64,000 nucleotides of DNA, taken from NCBI GenBank assembly GCA_965261345.1, contig OZ253449.1, positions 256,001 through 320,000 on the forward strand. Direction: 5' to 3'. Shown in pieces: positions 10,479-23,817 of this stretch. Each line of letters opens with the position of its first letter. Position 1 is the stretch's first letter. A model generated the notes under the pieces. That model saw nothing but the letters and a program-made list of their open reading frames with translations. It was not told where the DNA came from and ran no database searches. The stretch is from Chloroflexota bacterium. Lineage in GTDB: Bacteria > Chloroflexota > UBA11872 > VXNJ01. Position numbers and translations under genes: made by a program.

Positions 10479-11597
10479 GTGAAAATAACTCGGGTTGAAG
10501 CCCTATATCTCCGCCTGCCGCAAATCAAAGCCCTGACCGACAGCGGACAGGATGCGCTCATCGTCCGGATTGAGACCGATGCCGGAGTGCACGGCATCGG
10601 TGAGGTGGACTCGGCCCCCATGGCTGTCAAAGGAGTCATCGAGGGGCCCTACTCTCATCCCTTAATCAGCGGTCTGGGAGAGCTTCTCATCGGTGAGGAT
10701 CCCATGCAGACCGAGTATCTCTGGCACAAGTTGTACCGACAGAACATCTACGCTGGAAGAAGCGGAATCGGGGTCCACGCGATGAGCGGGATCGACATCG
10801 CCCTCTGGGACATTAAGGGCAAGGTGCTGGGACTTCCCATCTGGAAGCTGTTGGGAGGTGGCTTCCACCAGCGGATTCGAGCCTATGCCAGTTCGCTGTT
10901 CGGAGCCACTCCCTATGAGACCGGCGAACGCGCCCGCCGCTTCCGGGACCGGGGATTTTCAGCCGTCAAATTCGGATGGGAGCCGATGGGACGGGATGCG
11001 GCCACCGACATCGCACTGGTGCGCGAGGCGCGGGCCGGGTTGGGCGACGACGGTGACCTGCTCATCGACGCCGGCATGGTCTGGGATGCCAAGACCGCCA
11101 TCAAGCGGGCCCGCGCCTTTGGTGAATTTGATATCTACTGGCTCGAGGAACCGCTTCATCCCGACGATTACGAAGGCTACAGTCGACTTTCAGCCGCAAC
11201 CGATATCCCGATCGCGGCCGGCGAGGAGGAGAGCGCGCGCCGGTCCTACATCGATCTCATGGATAGAGGAAAGATCGACATAGTCCAGGTGGACCTGACC
11301 CGCTGCGGGGGATTTACCGAGGCGGTCAAGATTGCCAGTCTGGCCGCCGACCGCGGGCTGCGCTGCGTCAATCACGGCTTTACTACCTACATCAACGTCG
11401 CGGCGGCGCTGCACTTCCTCAACGCCATCCCCAATTCCTTCATCACCGAATTCGTGGTTGAGGAGGGCACCGGGCTGCGCGAGGAAATCACTCGCCAGCG
11501 CCTCGTTGCCAAGGATGGGTACCTTGGCATTCCACAGGAGCCAGGATTGGGGATCGAACTGGATCCCGCGGGGGTCGAGAAATACCGGGTGGCCTGA
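10479..11597 (+). CDS. Mandelate racemase/muconate lactonizing enzyme family protein
   Basis: SGIDIALWDIKGK, DAG, WLEEP and AGEE metal-ligand motifs; likely GTG start at VKITRVEALYL. Confidence 0.9.
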   Translation: MKITRVEALYLRLPQIKALTDSGQDALIVRIETDAGVHGIGEVDSAPMAVKGVIEGPYSHPLISGLGELLIGEDPMQTEYLWHKLYRQNIYAGRSGIGVHAMSGIDIALWDIKGKVLGLPIWKLLGGGFHQRIRAYASSLFGATPYETGERARRFRDRGFSAVKFGWEPMGRDAATDIALVREARAGLGDDGDLLIDAGMVWDAKTAIKRARAFGEFDIYWLEEPLHPDDYEGYSRLSAATDIPIAAGEEESARRSYIDLMDRGKIDIVQVDLTRCGGFTEAVKIASLAADRGLRCVNHGFTTYINVAAALHFLNAIPNSFITEFVVEEGTGLREEITRQRLVAKDGYLGIPQEPGLGIELDPAGVEKYRVA

Positions 11598-12265
11598 ATC
11601 CGGCAGTCCCCGAGACCGGGTCCAGCGAACACCGGGCGGATCCGAAGCCAAAACCAAACTTCGATCGCGCATTTGAAGCTGCCAGGCAATCGCCGGTCGC
11701 ACCGAGGCGCCCCCAATCGGGCCAGATCATGCCGCCACCTTGGGCCCAACGCCAACCGCCAATTGCGGATCGGCGGCCGTGGCCAAATCCGATCTGCATT
11801 CCGTTCATACAAAAAGGGGGCGGTCGCCATTGCTCCATGTGGCCGGACACGACTGCAATTGATGACGACTGCGGTAATTTCAGATTTGTCGCCATCACCT
11901 GGCCAAAATCACGATGCGGCACGATCTTTGACTAGAACGGCAACCATGACCGGGACCCTCGACACAATTCGGGCCAAACGAAAAACCGGCTGCGAACCCA
12001 TCCGCCGTCCCGGGAATCGGGGCGATGTCGGAACTCTGCTCGGGTTCTGGCAGTGGGCCGGATCCGACCTTGTCGGCAACACCATGCGGGGCTGGCTTGC
12101 CGAATACCTGGTGGCTCTGGATCTAGGAATCGCCGACGGGGCGCGAACTGAATGGGCCCCACATGACCTGACAATGGCTGACCGTACGCGGGTCGAGGTC
12201 AAGACCTCGGCCTACGTCCAGAGCTGGTCCCAGAAAGGGCATCCCCCCTGTACCTTGTATGTTCC

Positions 12266-12425
12266 AAATGGGAAGTCCCGGGTGCGGTAGGGCGCCTGTA
12301 CCTTGGTCCATTGAGACCGTTTTAAAGCACGCTCGCCGCACCCGGATCTCCCGGCGCATAGACCCCGAACAATTGCTCGGTGGGCTCTAGACCCCGTATT
12401 CGCAAGGAAGGGCGTAGCGTCGGGA
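12266..12425 (+). ncRNA. Bridge RNA of inner IS110
   Basis: Stem GGGTGCGG/CCGCACCC encloses LTG CCTGTACCT (12295-12303) and RTG TTTAAAG (12321-12327). A second loop holds LDG ACAATTGCT (12369-12377) and RDG GCAAG (12402-12406). RNA ends approximate. Confidence 0.8.
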
Positions 12426-12435
12426 GTAACTATAG

Positions 12436-15216
<2,781 letters not shown>

Positions 15217-15544
15217 GTAAGCCAAAAAAGGTGGCCCTGACAGCCTGCATGAGAAAGCTGCTGGTGATCCTGAACGCGATGCTGAGGAACGGCGAGTATT
15301 GGCGCGAGGAGTCCGCCTCGGGCTGAACGCCGGGCAGGTCCGATCGCTCTTGCGGGCAAGGTCCCTGGCGAAGCCATGCCCGGGATCGGGCTATTGCGGC
15401 GATTACGCATCCGGTTATCGCCTGTCGATCGGGCTGCGGTCACTATGAACCGCGGTCGGGGCGCTGGATCTATCCTCCCCTTTCTCCTGGACCCCTCTGA
15501 CCCCACCTCTGCCGGAATTGACAATCAAGACAATTGCTTTAGGT

Positions 15545-15790
15545 AGCTTCATCTGACTAAGCAATTGGGCATGCGCGATGCTCTGCTCAGCCTGGATGAA
15601 GTCAAGGTCAGCGGCCGGGAGTAACCAATCGCCCCTTGTGTCTTTTGAGCACCGTGGGGGGGACCCGTGCCCCGGTGCAGCTGGCCGCGGCAGATGCCCC
15701 GTGGAGAGTTTGCGTCTTAGAACGCCGGTACAGGGATTGGCAGGTGTCGTGGCGGACCTTCAATGCGATCAATACCATCGCGCACCACAC
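15545..15790 (+). ncRNA. Putative bridge RNA of outer IS110
   Basis: Donor guides: GTGGAGAGT (15701-15709) resembles the right end GTAGAGAGT; GGTACAGGG (15727-15735) is the reverse complement of left end CCCTGTACC. Target guides ATCGCCCC and GGGGGGG resemble the poly-C target. Confidence 0.65.
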
Positions 15791-15803
15791 ATGGGGAAGG
15801 ACC

Positions 15804-17045
15804 GTGAAAGAACACACTTCCTGGTACGCCGGTATCGACTGGGCCATCGCCGAGCACCAGGTCTGCATCATCGACGCTGACGGCAACGAACATGGTCAGC
15901 GTAATTTCCCGCATCGTGGATCCGGATTGGCGGCCATGGCCGCCTGGATCCTGTCCCGCACCGGAACCGACCCCGAAGATATCGCCATCGCCATTGAGGT
16001 GCCGCATGGACCGGTGGTCGAGAGCCTGCTCGATCGCGGGTTTAAAGTGCATGCCATCAACCCCAAGCAACTCGATCGCTTCCGTGATCGCTTCTTCCCA
16101 GCCGGCGCCAAGGACGACCGCCGCGATGCCAGGGTCCTGGCCGATGCCCTGCGCACCGATCCGCAGGTGCTGCGGCAGCTGGCATCGCCAGATCCCTTGA
16201 CCGTGGAGCTAAGAGAGTTCTCACGTTTGGCTGAGGAGCTCACCAAGGAGCGCACCCGCCTTAGCAACCGGGTGCGACAACAACTCTGGCGCTACTATCC
16301 GCAGGTCCTGGAGATCAGCAACAACGTCACCGAGCCATGGATCCTGGATCTGTGGCAGATGGCTCCCACACCGGAGAGGGGGCGGCGATTGAGTCGAGGC
16401 CGGGTAACCCGCTTGCTAAAACGCCATCGCATCCGTCGCATTGATGCGACAGGCGTGCTCTCGATGCTGCGCCAGGAAGCGATAAAGGTGTCTCCGGGCA
16501 CAACCGAGGCTGCCGTCGCGACGATCACCCTGGTCGCCGAACGTCTAAAGCTCATACAGCGTCAACTGCTCGAGGTCAACACCCAGATCGACCGCTTAAC
16601 CGATGCCATCGCCAACGATGCACTGGGTGAGAGCGGGCAGCGCGACGTGGCCATCCTCTCATCTCTTCCCGGAGTCGGAAGGACGGTCCTCGCCACACTG
16701 CTCACCGAGGCGCATGATCCTCTTATGCGGAGAGACTATCGCGCCCTGCGCTCATTATGCGGAGTTGCGCCGATAACCAAGCGATCGGGCAAGAGCATGA
16801 TCGTTGTCCGACGCCATGCCGTCCATCGTCGACTCGCCAATGCCATGTACCACTGGGCCCGGGTGGCGGTTCAGCATGATCCGGTCAGCCGACGCAAATA
16901 CGACGCATTACGCCTTCGAGGCCATCGGCATGCAAGGGCGTTGCGATCGGTAGCTGACCGTTTGTTGGCGGTGGTCTGCGCTATGCTGCGTAACCAGACC
17001 CTTTATCAGCCAGAACTGCTCCGGAGTGATGCCGCAGCGGCTTGA
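15804..17045 (+). CDS. IS110 recombinase (outer), intact
   Basis: 413 aa from GTG with GGAAGG RBS; GIDWA, IEVPHG, KDDRRDA and RSGKS motifs. Confidence 0.92.
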   Translation: MKEHTSWYAGIDWAIAEHQVCIIDADGNEHGQRNFPHRGSGLAAMAAWILSRTGTDPEDIAIAIEVPHGPVVESLLDRGFKVHAINPKQLDRFRDRFFPAGAKDDRRDARVLADALRTDPQVLRQLASPDPLTVELREFSRLAEELTKERTRLSNRVRQQLWRYYPQVLEISNNVTEPWILDLWQMAPTPERGRRLSRGRVTRLLKRHRIRRIDATGVLSMLRQEAIKVSPGTTEAAVATITLVAERLKLIQRQLLEVNTQIDRLTDAIANDALGESGQRDVAILSSLPGVGRTVLATLLTEAHDPLMRRDYRALRSLCGVAPITKRSGKSMIVVRRHAVHRRLANAMYHWARVAVQHDPVSRRKYDALRLRGHRHARALRSVADRLLAVVCAMLRNQTLYQPELLRSDAAAA

Positions 17046-17444
17046 CAAATGGTAGAGAGTCCCCCCCTTCTCAATTCGCCCGGCAATTGGGTGGTCCCCC
17101 AAAGGCGGTTTTTCCGCAAATCCGCCGGAAAGGTCTTCTGACGTCTACGTTTTCTGTCTGCACAAGCATCGCGATCAAGCAACCATCTGTCCCCTCGATG
17201 GCGCCCAGTGGAATTTCTTCGTCGTTCCCACCAAAGTGATTGACGCAAGGCTCGGCAACCAGAAGACCGTCGGAATATCTACGCTTTGCGACGTCGGGGC
17301 GAGGCAGTCACCTTTTGGCGAAATCAAAAAAACGATTTCCACCGTCCTGGGCGGGATGGGTTAGTCGGAGAGGGCGCTCAGCCGGCCGGCTGAGCGGTAT
17401 TCCGGTCAATTGCCACGCAATCTCAGCCAAGCCTTAAGTGGAGG

Positions 17445-18350
17445 CTAATCGGTGGGTGCTGGCACCTGTCCGATTGCGGCAAGCCTAGTCTTGGCCTCAG
17501 CGTAGACGGAAGCTTCCAGCGGACCGCGCATGACGGCGGCAACGTTTTCCCGCAGGTGCGCTGCGCGGGTGGTGGCGGCAATGATCGTATGGATATCTGG
17601 ATGCGATAGAGTGTAGCGAAGCACGAACGCCGATCGGCTCTCATCGGGTTCGCGCAGGTCGTCTAAGCCCGCCTTCGCGAACTGCCCCCACTTTGCGTCA
17701 CCGTCGCGAGAGGAACCCTCGCCCTGTGCCACGCCGCCGCGAACAATGATTCCGACGCCGGCTTGAGCAGCCTTGCTGATCCAGTCCTCGTGCTCGCGTT
17801 CGAGGGCAGAGTAGGGGATCTGCATCGTCTCAAACACACCCCACTCTAGAAATGTCGGCAGATCCGGCAGGGTTGTCGAAATCCCGATGTGGCCCACCTT
17901 GCCGGCATCGCGCATTTCGATCAGAGCTTCGAGCAATCTGCCCTCCTCGAACTCGGCAACGGTCGGATTGTGGGGTTGGATGATGTCCACACTGTCGCGA
18001 CCCAGCCGTTCAAGGCTGATGTCGATGTTTCTTAGCAGGTTTTCGCGAGTCCAGAGGTGGCCGGAGTTGTTTTCGCCGGGCAAGTCGTCGGTGCACCCAC
18101 ACTTGGTCGCCAACCGGAATTCGCCGTAGCGATCGTTCAGGCTTCTGCCGATCCATTCCTCGGCAAACTTATAGTCGTAGGCCGTATCGACAAAATCGAT
18201 GCCGGCATCGAGCACCGTGTTGTAAAGCTCCGCTGCCGCCTGTTCGGTCCAATGGTGTCTTTCGGGCCGCCAGAGGGCGGTGCCATACCCAAGTCGCGTT
18301 ACTTCGATGCCGGTCTTACCCAGTACCGCGGTCGGCAGTCGATCGCTCAT
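17445..18350 (-). CDS. Aldo/keto reductase
   Basis: LGKTGIEVTRLGYG, DTAYDY, ATKCG and SLERLG motifs. Confidence 0.9.
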   Translation of the reverse strand: MSDRLPTAVLGKTGIEVTRLGYGTALWRPERHHWTEQAAAELYNTVLDAGIDFVDTAYDYKFAEEWIGRSLNDRYGEFRLATKCGCTDDLPGENNSGHLWTRENLLRNIDISLERLGRDSVDIIQPHNPTVAEFEEGRLLEALIEMRDAGKVGHIGISTTLPDLPTFLEWGVFETMQIPYSALEREHEDWISKAAQAGVGIIVRGGVAQGEGSSRDGDAKWGQFAKAGLDDLREPDESRSAFVLRYTLSHPDIHTIIAATTRAAHLRENVAAVMRGPLEASVYAEAKTRLAAIGQVPAPTD

Positions 18351-18803
18351 GTCCCAATATCCTCCACATTTTTCCAACCCCTGCAAGGATCGAATCCTAT
18401 CACGCTTGGACTCGCTGAAGCCGCCGCTTGAGGCCGAGATTTGCTTGCCGCTGCCTAGATTGCAGCCCAAGCAAAGTTTGCCCGCCTGGCACAGCATGGC
18501 TTCGGAGGGTCGATACAAAACATCACTGGCCTTGCGCTCATGATTGCGCACGGCAGGGCCGGTGATTGCGACAGGCTGCGCCAAGATTGCGCCGATTGAG
18601 CGGACCTGGTAGAGCGCATGCTAAAACAGAATCAGAAGATCGACAACCCTCCTATTTCCGGCCAGCCGCGCTGCCTGGTAAATCGGCGTCCCTTGGGACT
18701 GCTTGGAAGAACTTCAGGCAAACCCCGGGATGGCGGGCGCAAGACTTTCCGCTTAAGCCCGCTGGGTGCAAATTCCGCGTCGCAAAAATGCAAGGATGCA
18801 AGG

Positions 18804-19328
18804 ATGCAAATGCTAAATCGAATGCTGGGCGCCGCCCGGCTCAGCGTCAAAACTTTCGAAGACGTCGAAAATGACCGCAGTGCGACCCTGCAGGCGCTGG
18901 CGGTTGTGGTAATCGTTGCCATCGCCAGCGGTGTTGGCGGGCTCTTTACTGGCGAGGTTGACGTGACCAGGGGCCTACTATTTGGGGCAATCCGCGGAGT
19001 CGTGTCCTGGGCAGCGTGGGCGCTGGTGGCCTGGCTGGTAGGTGCCTATTTGCTAAAGACGCCAGAGACCAACGCCGACTGGGGGCAGCTGGCTCGTGGA
19101 ACAGGGTTTGCCCAGACGCCGGGCATCGCCAACGCGTTAGTGTTCATACCTTGGGTCGGTGGCACAATCGCTGTCCTGGCGTTCTTCTGGCAGCTGGCGG
19201 CCATGGTTGTTGCGGTGCGGCAGTGCCTAGATTACAAATCGACTTTGCGCGCGTTCTTCGTGATTCTCATTTCCGCTATCCCAGTCGGAATCATCAACGG
19301 CATTATCTTTGGGGTTGCGCAGATTTAG
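18804..19328 (+). CDS. YIP1-family membrane protein
   Basis: About 174 aa with 5 TM segments; RMLGAARL...FEDVEND..AT.QA and LARGTGFAQTP pattern. Confidence 0.8.
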   Translation: MQMLNRMLGAARLSVKTFEDVENDRSATLQALAVVVIVAIASGVGGLFTGEVDVTRGLLFGAIRGVVSWAAWALVAWLVGAYLLKTPETNADWGQLARGTGFAQTPGIANALVFIPWVGGTIAVLAFFWQLAAMVVAVRQCLDYKSTLRAFFVILISAIPVGIINGIIFGVAQI

Positions 19329-19652
19329 CAAAGTACGGCAGTCGGGCGGGTTTCCGCTGCGCAGTTATTTCGCCCAAATGATCCTTCCGGATCAGCCTAA
19401 CCCGGGATGGACCCGCTAAACCGGGGCCGATGTCGTTGCGATCCCTTTACCTGATCGGATCATGACCCTCCGCCTGGGATAAGGCAGGAAAGGATCAATC
19501 TGGAAGGGCCACATCAAGAGCGCGGCCGACTCTCCCGTCAGCAAGACGACTGCAGCCCTCGATGATGGACTCCGCCAGGTTTCCCAGCCATCTAACCGAG
19601 TCATGATCGCCCGGCGTTGGACTGTTGCTTTTTGGGAGAGGCCCTTTCCGGG

Positions 19653-21566
19653 CTAGGCCGGAAGATCCAAGGCCGGATTGGAATGGAAGAAGCCATCCGG
19701 CTTGAGCATGAAACCGATTCGGTGAACTGGCATTACCGGCCAATCCTCGGGCCGCGGTATGTGGGTATGACCAAACGTGTACCAGACCACCAGATCGGTA
19801 TCGGCGATTTCCCGGTTGGCCTTAGTCCATGAAGGCAGCCCATCGCCACCTGGGCGCTGGTTGGGGAAATCGCCGGCGGCATATCGTTCATCGGGCCGGT
19901 AGGGCGTCACCCACAGGTGCTTATTTAAAAAACCGGCCCGGCGGATCACCGCGGCGTTTTCGTCAGCAAAGGGCAACGCGTTTTCGGCGGGCACGAGCCG
20001 ATACCCGACCGATTCACCCATCCGGTTTTTAACCGACCGGTTTACCACTTTCCAGTAGCGGCCCGATGGCATATTGCAGAGTCTCTGCGCGTCGGCCTCG
20101 CGCTCAAGCAGCGTGTGCTCGGCCACAAAGGCATTGCCGTGGGGATTCTCGCTGCTCCGCGGTACGGCCTTGCCGTTTACCTCATAGACGGAGTTGAGCG
20201 GGCCGTCCACACACATGTCCAGTCGAGCATTGAAGATGTGTTGATGGTAGGGGGCGCAGAGTTGCGGCGCCACCTCGGTTCCGTGCCGAGGTTTGTGACC
20301 GGGCTCAAGAGCGCAGGAATTGGCAATTCCGGTCAACTTGACGTCTAACCCCAGCGATCCGTCCAAGTAGAAATTCCAGTAGAAGGCGTAGTCGTATATG
20401 CCGACAGTGGCGATGAAGGAAGCCACCAACCGGCGCGAGCGCCGAACCTCGACCTCCCCGCTGCGCCAATCGGTGTGCTTCCAGAGGATCCCGTCGTCTT
20501 CCTCGTGCAGACAGATGGCGTTTTTGATCGTGAACGGCCCGCCCCGGCTGGTGACAAAGTGGGCGTCGAAGTAGCGGATCTGGCCCAGGCAGTCGCATCC
20601 CAGCTCGAGTGAATTGGCCAGCTGGCCTATCCCGTATTCACCGATGTCGAACGCGTTCTTGCGGTAACTGGTCACGCTCGGATCGCCGTAGGGAACGACC
20701 ATTTCCGAGAGCGAGGCGCGATGGATGATTGGACGCATCTTCCCGTTGTCGGCGTATCCGATTGTGTGAAGGACGAGACCTTCGCGGGCGGTGAACCCGA
20801 TTCGGAACCGCCAGTTCTGCCAATGGATTTCATGGCCGTCGATCCTAAAACTCGGACCCTCGCGCTGGACTATTTCCAGCGGCCGCAGGCCTTCCCGTGT
20901 TGCATTTATGTAATTCCGGGTCCAATTGCCAGCCTCGGGCGGCAGTGGCACCGCCCCGAAATCTTCGACCCGCAACACCTCCATCGAATTGAGATCAATA
21001 ACCGCCAATAAACCCTCGAGCGGGTTTGCATAGCCGTTGTCACGCGGTTCCGAACGAACGTAGGAAATCGCGCGCACCAAACGCCGGTCGCGCTCCGCCT
21101 CAGGTTCGTTCCCGTATGCCCCGGCCGACCAGGGGTCAACCATTACCAGGTCGGGGTCGGTTACACCACGTTTTCGCAATGCGGCGACAAATTCCGGTGA
21201 GCGCTTCAGCGCCGCCTCGCTTTCAACGATCTCATCGAGCATGATCGCCGGTTGCACGCCGCAGCGCCGATTCCAGAATTTAACGACCCGCTGGGTCAGC
21301 GAAACGACCGCTTCGATGCATTGTCCGGATTCGTTATCGAGCAGGGTAAGTTCGACTGCGCGGTCGACTTGGTCACCCGGTTCAAATTCAAGGACTTCGT
21401 TTTTTGGCGGCTCGCAAAGGGCGACACTGACAAAACGAGTGGTTCGCGTGGCCCGGGAATCTGCGCGCACGATGTCCACTGCGCTTAAGGCTTCGGCACC
21501 CGAGAGTGGTTCAAGCGGATGTGCGCCCAGGCGATTCGCCGAATAATGCGTGGCCGACTGCACCAT
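19653..21566 (-). CDS. tynA: Copper-containing primary amine oxidase
   Basis: SEMVVPYGDP, AFDIGEY (catalytic Asp), HQH and HIPRPEDWPVMP Cu ligands. TPQ motif reads GIYDY. Confidence 0.9.
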   Translation of the reverse strand: MVQSATHYSANRLGAHPLEPLSGAEALSAVDIVRADSRATRTTRFVSVALCEPPKNEVLEFEPGDQVDRAVELTLLDNESGQCIEAVVSLTQRVVKFWNRRCGVQPAIMLDEIVESEAALKRSPEFVAALRKRGVTDPDLVMVDPWSAGAYGNEPEAERDRRLVRAISYVRSEPRDNGYANPLEGLLAVIDLNSMEVLRVEDFGAVPLPPEAGNWTRNYINATREGLRPLEIVQREGPSFRIDGHEIHWQNWRFRIGFTAREGLVLHTIGYADNGKMRPIIHRASLSEMVVPYGDPSVTSYRKNAFDIGEYGIGQLANSLELGCDCLGQIRYFDAHFVTSRGGPFTIKNAICLHEEDDGILWKHTDWRSGEVEVRRSRRLVASFIATVGIYDYAFYWNFYLDGSLGLDVKLTGIANSCALEPGHKPRHGTEVAPQLCAPYHQHIFNARLDMCVDGPLNSVYEVNGKAVPRSSENPHGNAFVAEHTLLEREADAQRLCNMPSGRYWKVVNRSVKNRMGESVGYRLVPAENALPFADENAAVIRRAGFLNKHLWVTPYRPDERYAAGDFPNQRPGGDGLPSWTKANREIADTDLVVWYTFGHTHIPRPEDWPVMPVHRIGFMLKPDGFFHSNPALDLPA

Positions 21567-21615
21567 GTTTGCTCCTACCGGTTGTCCAGATGATCCAATT
21601 TAAGCGAGCCTCGTC

Positions 21616-23817
21616 CTAGAAGCCCGGCCGAAAAGCCCCTGTACAAAGGGCTAATCCGTCATCAAACATATAAAATATCAACAGGCATCTTGCGGAGCCT
21701 TTCCATTGATAAAAACATAGCATTGCCGGGTGGTGGAGACATGCTGGGGACCCATGCCCAAAAGGGCTTCTTCCAGACCGACGGCCTGCACCTTGACTAC
21801 GTAGGACGCGATACCTTCTACGGCCGCCTGGCGGGCATGCGGGGAGAGCTGTTCAAAGACGAAGATTTCGCCGATCTCTACTGCGCCGACAACGGCCGCC
21901 CCAGCGTGGCGCCCTCGCTGCTGGCCACCGTTCTCCTGCTGCAGGCCCACGATAAGGTCTCTGACAACGAGGCCAAGCAGCGGGCCGACTACGACCTGCG
22001 CTGGAAGGTGGCGCTGGGGACCGAGCTGGAAGAACGCGCGTTCGCCAAGTCCACATTGCAGCTGTTTCGCTCGCAGCTGATCGTTCACGGCAGGGCGCGG
22101 GGGATATTTCGCCGCTCCCTGCAGCACGCCCGCAAAAAGGGCTTCTTCAAGGGCCAGAGCATGAAGCTGGCGATCGATACCACCGCCATCCTGGGCAGGG
22201 GCGCGGTGCGGGACGCCTACAACCTGATCGGGGACGGCTGCCGCCTGCTGGTCGGCGCCCTGGCCGAACAGGATGGCCAAGACCCCAAAGAGTGGGCCCG
22301 CCAACACGGCTACAACCTGCATGCCGGCAAGAGCCTGAAGGGCGCTGTCGCCATCGACTGGTCGGACCGTAAACAGCGCCGCCGGTTCCTGGGGCGGATC
22401 GTCAGAGACGCCGACTCGCTGCTGGCAAGGGCCCGCAGCGCGCTTGAATCCCCTGCTCCCGACAATAAGCGCGCCGATAAGATCCTGGCCTGCTCGCAGC
22501 TGCTGTCGCAGATCCTGCTCCAGGACGTAAAACGCGTCCCCGCGGAACCGGCAAAACCGGTTCCCGACGACCGCGATCGGCTGCTGCTGCCGGCGGGAAC
22601 CGACGCCGGCGAGGTCGATCCCGCCCCGGTGGCGGTCAGAGACAGGGGTGTCGCGGCCAGGGATTCGGCCGACGGCGCAGATGGCGAGGAAGTGGAGATC
22701 GTCCGGGGCGGACGCGACCGGATCATATCGGCGCACGATCCGCAGATGCGCCATGGACGCAAGAGCTCGACCAACCGCTTTGCCGGCCACAAGGCCGCCA
22801 TCGCCGTAGATTTGTCAACCGGCCTGGTAACCGCGGTAGACGTGATCCCGGGCAACGCCCCCGACAACTGCGGCGCCCTGGCGCTGGTGCGGGAGGCCGA
22901 AGAGAACGCCGCCGCCAAAGTCGAGATCGTCATCGGCGACTGCGCCTACGGGGCTGGCGACACCCGCAAGGACTTCGCCGACGCCGGGTACGACCTCTTC
23001 GCCAGGGCGCCGGGTAAACCAGCCAGCCGCTACTTTAGTAAAGCAGGACTTTGCCATCGATCTGGAAAAGGGAACCTGCACCTGCCCGGCCGGGCAGATA
23101 ACTTCCGATTACCGCCGCTCGCGCTCCCGGCGCAGCGCCAAGACACGCGCCGGCCTCTTCCACTTCGCTAAAGAGCAGTGCTCGGCCTGTCCGCTCAAGA
23201 GATCCTGCATACGCTCTGCGACCAAACCCAACCGCCGCATCAGCGTCCATCCCCAGGAACGCCTGCTGCAGCAGGCCCGCATCCGCCAGCGCAGTAAGGA
23301 AGGCTTAAAGATCGCGCGCCTTAGAACCCGCGTCGAGCACCGCCTGGCCAGGCTCTGCCAGCTGGGCGTGCGCCAGTCGCGGTTCTTTGGCAGGCAACTT
23401 GCCGGGTTCCAGCTGCTGATGGCGGCCACGGTGGCCAACCTAACGCTTGCCGAAGGGGAGTCGTGGAAAAGGAAACCCTCGGGAACCGACCCGGGCCGGG
23501 AAGCCGGGCTGACCGCGGCCGCCGCAAACGGCCGGGAGGCGGCGCAGATGGCGATGGAGGGCAATCGGAACGGGGTCGCCGAAGGCCGGGAAGTAGCTTC
23601 TGCGCCGGTAATGGAAGGACCTGCGAATCGGGATTTGGCGCGGGGTCTTAAAAATGCGGTTGCCGCCGGCGCGATCGTTGCATGGGCCCAGAATTCCCAC
23701 GAAATATCGATCCAGAGTGTCCTAAATCGGTTTGGCGGCCTCAGGGAGGTCTTCGAGGTCATTGCTAATCTGTTTGAGCCCCGACGCGCGTTTTGGGCTT
23801 TTCGGCCTGGTTTCTAG
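21616..23817 (+). mobile_element. IS1182-family insertion sequence
   Basis: IRs CTAGAAGCCCGGCCGAAAAGCCC and the reverse complement CTAGAAACCAGGCCGAAAAGCCC; CTAG at both ends. Confidence 0.85.
21741..23817 (+). pseudogene. IS1182 transposase, +1 frameshift
   Basis: DNGRPSV, IDTT, HDPQMRHGRKS and GDCAYG motifs. An extra A at 23040-23042 breaks YFSK|QDFAID..CTCPAG. Stop codon lies inside the right IR. Confidence 0.85.

Noticed and set aside
18788-18809. ATGCAAGG tandem repeat before the YIP1 gene as a phase-variation tract
   Set aside because: Fewer than three full units and mostly upstream of the start codon.
21678-22790. Long antisense ORFs (e.g. 370 aa opposite the IS1182 transposase and many similar)
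   Set aside because: Shadow frames expected in high-GC coding DNA; no motifs.
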